A DNA stretch of 64,000 bases from Ranitomeya imitator. Lineage: Eukaryota. The position numbers were made by a program, and so were the translations under genes. The stretch is taken from contig NC_091291.1 in the NCBI RefSeq assembly GCF_032444005.1, positions 7,812,001 to 7,876,000 on the forward strand, written 5' to 3'. Numbering within the stretch: the first letter of the stretch is position 1; every line of letters begins with the position of its first letter. Below, one piece after another: positions 39,101 to 51,560 of the stretch. The notes below the pieces were generated by a model. The model did not search any database and was not told the DNA's origin. It saw only the letters and a list, made by a program, of their open reading frames with translations.

Positions 39101-42100
39101 GGGCAGTATTATAGTAGTTATATTCTTGTACACAGAAGCAGTATTATAGTAGTTATATTCTTGTACACAGGAGCAGTATTATAGTAGTTATATTCTTGTA
39201 CATATGGGGCAGTATTATAGTAGTTATATTCTTGTACACAGGAGCAGTATTATAGTAGTTATATTCTTGTACATAGAGGCAGTATTATAGTAGTTATATT
39301 CTTGTACATAGGGGCAGTATTATAGTAGTTATATTCTTGTACATAGGAGCAGTATTATAGTAGTTATATTCTTGTACATAGGGAGCAGTATTATAGTAGT
39401 TATATTCTTGTACATAGGGAGCAGTATTATAGTAGTTATATTCTTGTACATAGGGGCAGTATTATAGTAGTTATATTCTTGTACATAGGGAGCAGTATTA
39501 TAGTAGTTATATTCTTGTACATAGGAGCAGTATTATAGTAGTTATATTCTTGTACATAGGGGCAGTATTATAGTAGTTATATTCTTGTACATAAGAGCAG
39601 TATTATAGTAGTTATATTCTTGTACATAGGGAGCAGTATTATAGTAGTTATATTCTTGTACATAGGGGCAGTATTATAGTAGTTATATTCTTGTACATAG
39701 GAGCAGTATTATAGTAGTTATATTCTTGTACATAGGGGCAGTATTATAGTAGTTATATTCTTGTACATAGGAGCAGTATTATAGTAGTTATATTCTTGTA
39801 CATAGGGAGCAGTATTATAGTAGTTATATTCTTGTACATAGGGGCAGTATTATAGTAGTTATATTCTTGTACATAGGAGCAGTATTATAGTAGTTATATT
39901 CTTGTACATAGGAGCAGTATTATAGTAGTTATATTCTTGTACATAGGGGCAGTATTATAGTAGTTATATTCTTGTACATAAGAGCAGTATTATAGTAGTT
40001 ATATTCTTGTACATAGGGAGCAGTATTATAGTAGTTATATTCTTGTACATAGGGGCAGTATTATAGTAGTTATATTCTTGTACATAGGAGCAGTATTATA
40101 GTAGTTATATTCTTGTACATAGGGGCAGTATTATAGTAGTTATATTCTTGTACATAGGAGCAGTATTATAGTAGTTATATTCTTGTACATAGGGAGCAGT
40201 ATTATAGTAGTTATATTCTTGTACATAGGGGCAGTATTATAGTAGTTATATTCTTGTACATAGGAGCAGTATTATAATAGTTATATTCTTGTACATAGGG
40301 GCAGTATTATAGTAGTTATATTCTTGTACATATGAGCAGTATTATAGTAGTTATATTCTTGTATATAGAAGCAGTATTATAGTAGTTATATTCCTGTAAA
40401 TAGGGGCAGTATTATAGTAGTTATATTCCTGTACATAGGGGCAGTACTATAGTAGTTATATTCTTCTACATAGGGGCAGTATTATAGTAGTTATATTCTT
40501 GTACATAGGAGCAGTATTATAGTAGTTATATTCTTGTACATAGGGGCAGTATTATAGTAGTTATATTCTTGTACATAGGGGCAGTATTATAGTAGTTATA
40601 TTCTTGTACATAGGGGCAGTACTATAGTAGTTATATTCTTGTACATATGAGCAGTATTATAGTAGTTATATTCTTGTATATAGAAGCAGTATTATAGTAG
40701 TTATATTCCTGTACATAGGGGCAGTATTATAGTAGTTATATTCTTGTACATAGGGGCAGTACTATAGTAGTTATATTCTTCTACATAGGGGCAGTATTAT
40801 AGTAGTTATATTCTTGTACATAGGAGCAGTATTATAGTAGTTATATTCTTGTACATAGGAGCAGTATTATAATAGTTATATTCTTGTACATAGGGGCAGT
40901 ATTATAGTAGTTATATTCTTGTACATATGAGCAGTATTATAGTAGTTATATTCTTGTATATAGAAGCAGTATTATAGTAGTTATATTCCTGTAAATAGGG
41001 GCAGTATTAGTTATATTCCTGTACATAGGGGCAGTACTATAGTAGTTATATTCTTCTACATAGGGGCAGTATTATAGTAGTTATATTCTTGTACATAGGG
41101 GCAGTATTATAGTAGTTATATTCTTGTACATAGGGGCAGTACTATAGTAGTTATATTCTTCTACATAGGGGGCAATATTATAGTAGTTATATTCTTGTAC
41201 ATAGGGGCAGTATTATAGTAGTTATATTCCTGTACATAGGGGCAGTACTATAGTAGTTATATTCCTGTACATAGGGGCAGTACTATAGTAGTTATATTCT
41301 TCTACATAGGGGCAGTATTATAGTAGTTATATTCTTGTACATAGGAGCAGTATTATAGTAGTTATATTCTTGTACATAGGAGCAGTATTATAGTAGTTAT
41401 ATTCTTCTACATAGGGGCAGTATTATAGTAGTTATATTCTTGTACATAGGGGCAGTACTATAGTAGTTATATTCTTGTACATAGGGGCAGTACTATAGTA
41501 GTTATATTCTTCTACATAGGGGCAGTATTATAGTAGTTATATTCTTGTACATAGGGGCAGTATTATAGTAGTTATATTCTTGTACATAGGGGCAGTATTA
41601 TAGTAGTTATATTCTTGTATATAGGGGCAGTATTATAGTAGTTATATTCTTGTACATAGGGGCAGTATTGTAGTAGTTATATTCTTTTACATAGGGGCAG
41701 TATTATAGGAGTTATATTCTTGTACATAGGAGCAGTATTATAGTAGTTATATTCTTGTATATAGGGGCAGTATTATAGTAGTTATATTCTTGTACATAGG
41801 GGCAGTATTATAGTAGTTATATTCATGTACATAGGGGCAGTATTATAGTAGTTATATTCTTGTATATAGGGGCAGTATTATAGTAGTTATATTCTTGTAC
41901 ATAGGGGCAGTATTATAGTAGTTATATTCTTGTACATAGGAGCAGTATTATAGTAGTTATATTCTTGTACATAGGAGCAGTATTATAGTAGTTATATTCT
42001 TGTACATAGGGGCAGTATTATAGTAGTTATATTCTTGTACATAGGGGCAGTATTATAGTAGTTATATTCTTGTACATAGGAGCAGTATTATAGTAGTTAT

Positions 42101-43354
42101 ATTCTTGTACATAGGAGCAGTATTATAGTAGTTATATTCTTGTACATAGGGGTAGTATTATAGTAGTTATATTCTTGTATATAGGGGCAGTATTATAGTA
42201 GTTATATTCTTGTACATAGGGGCAGTATTATAGTAGTTATATTCTTGTACATAGGAGCAGTATTATAGTAGTTATATTCTTGTACATAGGAGCAGTATTA
42301 TAGTAGTTATATTCTTGTACATAGGGGCAGTATTATAGTAGTTATATTCTTGTACATAGGGGCAGTATTATAGTAGTTATATTCTTGTACATAGGAGCAG
42401 TATTATAGTAGTTATATTCTTGTACATAGAGGCAGTATTATAGTAGTTATATTCTTGTACATAGGAGCAGTATTATAGTAGTTATATTCTTGTACATAGG
42501 GGCAGTATTATAATAGTTATATTCTTGTACATAGGGGCAGTATTATAGTAGTTATAGTCTTGTACATAGGAACAGTATTATAGTAGTTATATTCTTGTAC
42601 ATAGGGGCAGTATTATAGTAGTTATATTCTTGTATATAGGGGCAGTATTATAGTAGTTATATTCTTGTACATAGGGGCAGTATTATAATAGTTATATTCT
42701 TGTACATAGGAGCAGTATTATAGTAGTTATATTCTTGTACATAGGGGCAGTATTATAGTAGTTATATTCTTGTACATAGGGGCAGTATTATAGTAGTTAT
42801 ATTCTTCTACATAGGGGGCAGTATTATAGTATTTTTTTTTTTTCAATTATGTACAGTAATTGCCACTGACAATGTATCACTGAGCCATGTATCTAATTAC
42901 ATCCTGTGTGATACTATCTCTTGTGTAAATTTTGATTTTTCGCTTTCATGGAATTGGATCTTTTCTGACATTGATGTCAGCGTTTCCGCCTGATCGTTCT
43001 TCGGTTCCTTACCACCTGGTTACTGGTCCTCTGGAAGGCAGCCATTATTGCTGATCTTATATTACCAGTCACAGGTATATGAAGCCTCCTGAGTGGAGAA
43101 AATATTTTCTATATTCTGCCAATGTAAAAAAAAATTGTGGAGATCCCTGCCCAGTGCCCTGCATCTGCAATAAAGTGTAGTAGAACAGCGCCCCCAGTGG
43201 CCACTCACACCATTGAAAACCTGTCACCAAAACATGCAAGGAACAGCATTTTATTGTTATACTTTTATTATTTAATATAATAATAATAATTATATTAATA
43301 CAAATAATAACAATAATAATATACATACAAATAATAATGTTATAATAATATTGC

Positions 43355-43398
<44 letters not shown>

Positions 43399-44274
43399 TA
43401 GACGTGTGTGCCTCTTACTCCGGCACTTCTCGCTTTGTAAATGTACTCTTTATATTTCAGCTTCTCTGTACCTCTGCTTGCTTTCATTAAATGGAAACAT
43501 TCATCTTTATATACTGTACAGATCTCATGGTTGTCACAGCTGAGGGTTTGTTACAAAGGTTTTAACAATCGCCTGTGATCTAAACTGGATATATCTGTAA
43601 CAAAACCCTCATCTGAGAGAGGTCTCAGGCCTCTAACCATGAATATTTCCATTCTTTGAGAACAAGCAGAGGTCTTGGATCAGGTTTCAGAATGATTTGT
43701 TTTTTTTATGACATGAAGGAGACTTGTTAGACTGTGATCTCATCCTGAGCCTCCTGGTTCATGAGTAGAATTCCAGAGCTGCAGTTGTAGACTGACACTT
43801 CCACAGTCAGTGCATTGTGATGGGTGATGTTGGGTGGGATCCTGCTGCCCCCTGTCCTGGGTTTCTGTCTGGTCTGTAGATTGTACAGGGCTGTGGCTTA
43901 GGCTGTAGATATAGTGGTTGTAGCAACAATGGGTTTTATCTTCATCTATGAACCAAATGTCATCTAACCATGGAAAGTGTGAGTCACCCCCAAAAGGAGC
44001 AGCAGCAGCAGCACAGCCCCCCAGTCACTGTGCAGACAGATAGCAGAGACCTCCACACCAGGAAGGGGGATGTCAGGCATAATATATAGTCATGGTGGTA
44101 GTAATAGTCCCAGTAGTAATAGCAGGAGGAGGAGGAGTAATTGTGGTAGTAATAGTGGTAGTAATAGTGGTAGTAATAGCTAAAGTAGTTTTTGTAGAAG
44201 TAGTAGAAGTTAGAAGTATTAGTATTAGTCTTAAAAGTAGTAGTGTTAGTAGTCTTAGCAGTAGTAGTGATAGT

Positions 44275-44335
44275 AAAGCGCCGTGGAATAAATGGCGCTA
44301 TAATAATAATAAATAATAATAATAAAAATAATAAT
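44275..44335 (+). mobile_element. L2-type LINE 3'-end fragment, about 61 bp
   Basis: AAAGCGCCGTGGAATAAATGGCGCTA followed by (AAT)n; reverse complement of the 12852 element. Confidence 0.7.
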
Positions 44336-44614
44336 AGTAGTAGTAATCTTAATAGAAGTAGCCTTAGTAGTAGTCATAGTAGTAGTAATCCTAACAGAAG
44401 TACATTCAATAGTAGTATTAGTAATAGCAGTAGACACAGTAGCAGAACTAGGCTTAGTATTAGTAGTAATATTAATCTTAATAGAAGTGCCCTTAATAGT
44501 AGTAGTAGCAGCAGTAATAGCCGGCAAGTAGTTTCAGTAGTAGAATTAGTAGTATCACTATTATTATTTGTAGTATTATCATTTCTTCCATTGTATTTCC
44601 TTCATATATTCTTA

Positions 44615-47600
44615 TAGTAATAGTAGGAATATTTCCAGCAGTATTAGTGATAGTAGGAATATTTCCAGCAGTATTGGTAATAGTAGGAATATTTCCAGCA
44701 GTATTAGTAATAGTAGGAATATTACCAGCAGTATTGGTAATAGTAGGAATATTTCCAGCAGTATTAGTAATAGTAGGAATATTACCAGCAGTATTAGTAA
44801 TAGTAGGAATATTACCAGCAGTATTAGTAATAGTAGGAATATTACCAGCAGTATTAGTAATAGTAGGAATATTACCAGCAGTATTAGTAATAGTAGGAAT
44901 ATTACCAGCAGTATTAGTAATAGTAGGAATATTACCAGCAGTATTAGTAATAGTAGGAATATTACCAGCAGTATTAGTAATAGTAGGAATATTACCAGCA
45001 GTATTAGTAATAGTAGGAATATTACCAGCAGTATTGGTAATAGTAGGAATATTCCCAGCAGTATTGGTAATGGTAGGAATATTTCCATCAGTATTAGTAA
45101 TAGTAGGAATATTACCAGCAGTATTGGTAATAGTAGGAATATTTCCAGCAGTATTAGTAATAGTAGGAATATTACCAGCAGTATTAGTAATAGTAGGAAT
45201 ATTACCAGCAGTATTAGTAATAGTAGGAATATTACCAGCAGTATTAGTAATAGTAGGAATATTACCAGCAGTATTGGTAATAGTAGGAATATTACCAGCA
45301 GTATTGGTAATAGTAGGAATATTACCAGCAGTATTGGTAATAGTAGTAATACTACCAGCAGTAATAGTAATAGTAGGAATATTACCAGCAGTATTGGTAA
45401 TAGTAGGAATATTACCAGCAGTATTGGTAATAGTAGGAATATTACCAGCAGTATTGGTAATAGTAGGAATATTACCAGCAGTATTAATAATAGTAGGAAT
45501 ATTACCAGCAGTATTAGTAATAGTAGGAATATTACCAGCAGTATTAGTAATAGTAGGAATATTTCCAGCAGTATTAGTAATAGTAGGAATATTACCAGCA
45601 GTATTAGTAATAGTAGGGATATTACCAGCAGTATTAGTAATAGTAGTAATATTACAGCAGTATTAGTAATAGTAGGAATATTACCAGCAGTATTAGTAAT
45701 AGTAGGAATATTACCAGCAGTATTAATAATAGTAGGAATATTACCAGCAGTATTAATAATAGTAGGAATATTACCAGCAGTATTAGAAATAGTAGGAATA
45801 TTACCAGCAGTATTAATAATAGTAGGAATATTACCAGCAGTATTAGTAATAGTAGGAATATTACCAGCAGTATTAGAAATAGTAGGAATATTACCAGCAG
45901 TATTAGTAATAGTAGGAATATTATCAGCAGTATTAGTAATAGTAGGAATATTACAGCAGTATTAGTAATAGTAGGAATATTACCAGCAGTATTAGTAATA
46001 GTAGGGATATTACCAGCAGTATTAGTAATAGTAGGAATATTACCAGCAGTATTAGTAATAGTAGGGATATTACCAGCAGTATTAGTAATAGTAGTAATAT
46101 TACCAGCAGTAATAGTAATAGTAGGAATATTACCAGCAGTATTAGTAATAGTAGGAATATTATCAGCAGTATTAGTAATAGTAGGAATATTACCAGCAGT
46201 ATTAGTAATAGTAGTAATATTACCAGCAGTAATAGTAATAGTAGGAATATTACCAGCAGTATTAGTAATAGTAGGAATATTATCAGCAGTATTAGTAATA
46301 GTAGGAATATTACCAGCAGTAATAGTAATAGTAGGAATATTACCAGCCGTATTAGTAATAGTAGTAATATTACCAGCAGTAATAGTAATAGTAGGAATAT
46401 TACCAGCAGTATTAGTAATAGTAGGAATATTACAGCAGTATTAGTAATAGTAGGAATATTACCAGCAGTAATAGTAATAGTAGGAATATTACCAGCAGTA
46501 ATAGTAATAGTAGGAATATTACCAGCAGTATTAGTAATAGTAGGAATATTTCCAGCAGTATTAGTAATAGTAGGAATATTACCAGCAGTATTAGTAATAG
46601 TAGGGATATTATCAGCAGTATTAGTAATAGTAGTAATATTACCAGCAGTAATAGTAATAGTAGGAATATTACCAGCAGTATTAGTAATAGTAGGAATATT
46701 ACCAGCAGTATTAGTAATAGTAGGAATATTACCAGCAGTATTGGTAATAGTAGGAATATTCCCAGCAGTATTGGTAATGGTAGGAATATTTCCATCAGTA
46801 TTAGTAATAGTAGGAATATTACCAGCAGTATTGGTAATAGTAGGAATATTTCCAGCAGTATTAGTAATAGTAGGAATATTACCAGCAGTATTAGTAATAG
46901 TAGGAATATTACCAGCAGTATTAGTAATAGTAGGAATATTACCAGCAGTATTAGTAATAGTAGGAATATTACCAGCAGTATTGGTAATAGTAGGAATATT
47001 ACCAGCAGTATTGGTAATAGTAGGAATATTACCAGCAGTATTGGTAATAGTAGTAATACTACCAGCAGTAATAGTAATAGTAGGAATATTACCAGCAGTA
47101 TTGGTAATAGTAGGAATATTACCAGCAGTATTGGTAATAGTAGGAATATTACCAGCAGTATTGGTAATAGTAGGAATATTACCAGCAGTATTAATAATAG
47201 TAGGAATATTACCAGCAGTATTAGTAATAGTAGGAATATTACCAGCAGTATTAGTAATAGTAGGAATATTTCCAGCAGTATTAGTAATAGTAGGAATATT
47301 ACCAGCAGTATTAGTAATAGTAGGGATATTACCAGCAGTATTAGTAATAGTAGTAATATTACAGCAGTATTAGTAATAGTAAGAATATTACCAGCAGTAT
47401 TAGTAATAGTAGGAATATTACCAGCAGTATTAGTAATAGTAGGAATATTACCAGCAGTATTAATAATAGTAGGAATATTACCAGCAGTATTAGAAATAGT
47501 AGGAATATTACCAGCAGTATTAATAATAGTAGGAATATTACCAGCAGTATTAGTAATAGTAGGAATATTACCAGCAGTATTAGAAATAGTAGGAATATTA

Positions 47601-48900
47601 CCAGCAGTATTAGTAATAGTAGGAATATTATCAGCAGTATTAGTAATAGTAGGAATATTACAGCAGTATTAGTAATAGTAGGAATATTACCAGCAGTATT
47701 AGTAATAGTAGGGATATTACCAGCAGTATTAGTAATAGTAGGAATATTACCAGCAGTATTAGTAATAGTAGGGATATTACCAGCAGTATTAGTAATAGTA
47801 GTAATATTACCAGCAGTAATAGTAATAGTAGGAATATTACCAGCAGTATTAGTAATAGTAGGAATATTATCAGCAGTATTAGTAATAGTAGGAATATTAC
47901 CAGCAGTAATAGTAATAGTAGGAATATTACCAGCCGTATTAGTAATAGTAGTAATATTACCAGCAGTAATAGTAATAGTAGGAATATTACCAGCAGTATT
48001 AGTAATAGTAGGAATATTACAGCAGTATTAGTAATAGTAGGAATATTACCAGCAGTAATAGTAATAGTAGGAATATTACCAGCAGTATTAGTAATAGTAG
48101 GAATATTACCAGCAGTAATAGTAATAGTAGGAATATTACCAGCAGTATTAGTAATAGTAGGAATATTATCAGCAGTATTAGTAATAGTAGTAATATTACC
48201 AGCAGTAATAGTAATAGTAGGAATATTACCAGCAGTATTAGTAATAGTAGGAATATTACAGCAGTATTAGTAATAGTAGGAATATTACCAGCAGTATTAG
48301 TAATAGTAGGGATATTACCAGCAGTATTAGTAATAGTAGGAATATTACCAGCAGTATTAGTAATAGTAGGGATATTACCAGCAGTATTAGTAATAGTAGT
48401 AATATTACCAGCAGTATTAGTAATAGTAGGAATATTACCAGCAGTATTAGTAATAGTAGGAATATTACCAGCAGTATTAGTAATAGTAGGAATATTACCA
48501 GCAGTAATAGTAATAGTAGGAATATTACCAGCCGTATTAGTAATAGTAGGAATATTACCAGCAGTATTAGTAATAGTAGGAATATCACCAGCAGTATTAA
48601 TAATAGTAGGAATATTACCAGCAGTATTAGTAATAGTAGGAATATTACCAGCAGTATTAGTAATAGTAGGAATATTACCAGCAGTATTGGTAATAGTAGG
48701 AATATTACCAGCAGTATTGGTAATAGTAGGAATATTACCAGCAGTATTAGTAATAGTAGGAATATTACCAGCAGTATTAGTAATAGTAGGAATATTACCA
48801 GCAGTATTGGTAATAGTAGGAATATTTCCAGCAGTATTAGTAATAGTAGGAATATTACCAGCAGTATTGGTAATAGTAGGAATATTTCCAGCAGTAACAG
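44615..48900. repeat. 30-bp satellite, about 140 copies, with an internal 1.7-kb duplication
   Basis: Unit GTAATAGTAGGAATATTACCAGCAGTATTA; seven 29-bp deletion units. Confidence 0.97.
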
Positions 48901-49280
48901 TGATAGTGATACTTTGGTTTCCATCAGTGGCAGCAGTGTCTCTTCTTCTTCTCAGTGGTAGTATTATATTATTACACTACAATCCTGAGACCCCTCACAT
49001 CCCCACATTCTCTGCAGAGGACCCTCCTGGATAATAAGGTCCTATCCTCATTATTTATACCTGCAGCCCCCCATCTCTGCTGCCTGTGGAGCTGCTGACA
49101 GGGGTGAGAAGCACCCCTCTTTTTCCATACACCCCTTCCCATCTTTGGGGTCTCTCTGGCACCTGCTGGAGGGATAGTGAGACCTTTAGTGGAGTCGTCT
49201 CTTGGTTTCTTCTTCTCTGCAGCAAGTTCAGGAGTGAAGTTAAAGTTTCAATTTTTTTTCTTCTTGAACATCTGTCACCA

Positions 49281-49308
49281 AAAAGGAAACCAAAGTGACA
49301 TCACTTCC
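49281..49308 (+). promoter_or_regulatory. Candidate promoter of the FLI1-like gene: GGAA core and CRE-like/ETS composite GTGACATCACTTCC (49295-49308)
   Basis: Read directly about 135 nt upstream of the MDCTIK ATG; the TSS is not determinable. Confidence 0.5.
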
Positions 49309-49442
49309 CCAAAAAGAGGGGACCCAGAGTCAGAGAGCAGCACACAGTCACACACAGCCGGCTCTGCTGCAGAACCTCACCTGGACATGGCCTCCTCCTG
49401 AGGCTCCTGCAGCACCTGCTCCTGAGCTCCACTCCAGGTGAC

Positions 49443-49460
49443 ATGGACTGCACCATCAAG
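49443..49460 (+). CDS. fli1b: First coding exon (MDCTIK) of a FLI1-family ETS gene, probably fli1b/fli1rs; downstream exons not seen in the window
   Basis: GACATGG Kozak context, six codons, then strong donor AAG|GTAGGT. FLI1 exon 1 encodes MDGTIK with a phase-0 intron; as recalled, teleost fli1b starts MDCTIK. Head-to-head with ETV2 as in the zebrafish etv2-fli1b pair. Only 18 nt are visible, so the call depends on synteny. Confidence 0.7.
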
Positions 49461-50084
49461 GTAGGTGATGCTGCAGCAGCAGCAGGGAGCCCAGGAGCTG
49501 GACACCAGGGCCTGCAGCCACCCCCTTCCTTCTTCCCCTGTGACACTCAGCCCTGGGGCGGTTATTCCGAAGCCCCCACTCTTTCCTTTTGGTACCAGAT
49601 TTCCTCTTCCTTTAGTGGTTCATGTCTCAGCTTAAATAACAGCAAGAGAAACCTCCAGATCTAGAGCTCAGAGCTGGGACCTGGGGAGGGACCCAGCACC
49701 ACCCAGGGGAGCAGCATGGGGGACCCACTGCAGACCCCTGGGGGGCTCAGCAAGACTGGGGGGCTGCAGCTGTTACCTGTAGTCAATGGACACGAAGGGA
49801 GGAGCAGAGCCTGGTGCTCAGGATCCTGGGGCTGAACAGGTGGGTGATGGCAGCAGAAGGGATAGGTGCTAGGGTGAGGGGAACTAGGAGGAGACCCCCA
49901 CCCCAGACATGAAAATCTGTAATAAGTCCCAGGACGGTGTAATATAGAATCACTGTCTGTTATTCATTGTTACATTTATATTCTTTGTATTGTTTAATAT
50001 ATTGTGCAAATTGGCTTCAACATTTTGTTTTCCATAATTGCTAAAAATATAATATAACGAGATAAGGTAGAAGTATTTTATATG

Positions 50085-50152
50085 AAATAATATTCTGCTG
50101 CCTCCACTTATATAGTCGAAAAAGATATCATTTCCAGTACTGGGATATTTTA

Positions 50153-50199
<47 letters not shown>

Positions 50200-50379
50200 A
50201 TATTAATTTTACCTATTTATATGTATATTTTGCTTATCTGTATATGAGATAATATTCTGCTGCCTCCACTTATATAGTCGTAAAAAATATAATTTCCAGT
50301 ACTGGGATGTTTTATAATTATATATATATATATGTTAATTTTACTTATTTATATGTATATTTTGCTTATCTGTATATAC

Positions 50380-50410
<31 letters not shown>

Positions 50411-50592
50411 GATATATATTCACATTTTATATCCTATTACATTTAGATTTATATATAATTATTCTTATTAATAACAGTTGTAATTAATGATAGTTCTTTT
50501 ATAATTATTAATAATTAATATAAACGATAGATTTTATATTTATACATTCTGCACATATATTATATATAGATGCTATATATATGTGAGCCCAT

Positions 50593-50656
<64 letters not shown>

Positions 50657-51263
50657 TCCTAAATGCTCACATTCTAAGCTTCTGCATTTGTAACATTTCT
50701 TTCGCAGTGCATTTATTTCTTTAATATTTCTTTTCCTTCTCTATAACTTTTCATGCTTCATTTTTAGATTGTCGTTTAGATTCTAGTTCTCAAAGACATT
50801 TGCGCTTTTTTTTTTATCATTTTCCATCAGGGCAGGGGGGCTCATGTTTAAAAAGCTGCAGCTAAAAATGGCGAATATGGAGGGTTGATGAGATGAGTAA
50901 AGATTAAGAGATAAAAGGAATCTGGGCGCGAATAAGATGATGATGATGATGGTGGTTGTAGTCTCAGGTTGGGGACCACTATAAGTAAAATTCTCTCCCA
51001 GATTCTGGATCTTTTGTGTAACCATCTTTATTATTACAGATCTTTATGTTATGTCTGAATTTATACGATTGATGTGAATGCATCGATTACATTTCCATAC
51101 CTGTGTTATAGATTTATGTTTTGTTATATTTGTTCTATTATTTGCCCTAATTATGATTTCTTATTGCTGCATTTATTTTGTTTACTAAGATATGTTTATA
51201 TATATATATATATAATCTTTTTCTTTTTAAATATTGCTGCATTTATTTTGTTTACTAAGATAT

Positions 51264-51298
<35 letters not shown>

Positions 51299-51345
51299 CT
51301 TAATCTTTTTAATTATTGCTGCATTTATTTTGTTTACTAAGATAT

Positions 51346-51392
<47 letters not shown>

Positions 51393-51519
51393 ATCTTTTT
51401 CTTTTTAAATATTGCTGCATTTATTTTGTTTACTAAGATATGTTTATATATATGTGTATATATATATATATATATAATCTTTTTCTTTTTAATTATTGCT
51501 GCATTTATTTTGTTTACTA

Positions 51520-51558
<39 letters not shown>

Positions 51559-51560
51559 CA
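50085..51560. repeat. AT-rich region with (TA)n microsatellites and short tandem duplications
   Basis: (TA)n at about 50155, 50595, 51260 and 51530; about 5 copies of ATTGCTGCATTTATTTTGTTTACTAAGATATGTTTA-(TA)n. Confidence 0.85.

Larger units (their letters stand above)
32718..42835. repeat. 35-bp satellite array, about 10 kb, interrupted by CR1 and Helitron insertions
   Basis: Unit TAGG(A/G)GCAGTATTATAGTAGTTATATTCTTGTACA, with higher-order variant blocks. Confidence 0.98.

Noticed and set aside
44612-49034. Hydrophobic IVGILPAVLV / IFLLLLILLV ORFs
   Set aside because: 30-bp satellite read-through broken by 29-bp units; not a membrane protein.
49301-49546. Minus-strand ORF with CCRSLRRRPCPG, considered as IGFLR1-like
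   Set aside because: Similarity is limited to a few cysteines, with no signal peptide or good acceptor; it is the antisense of the fli1b exon 1 region.
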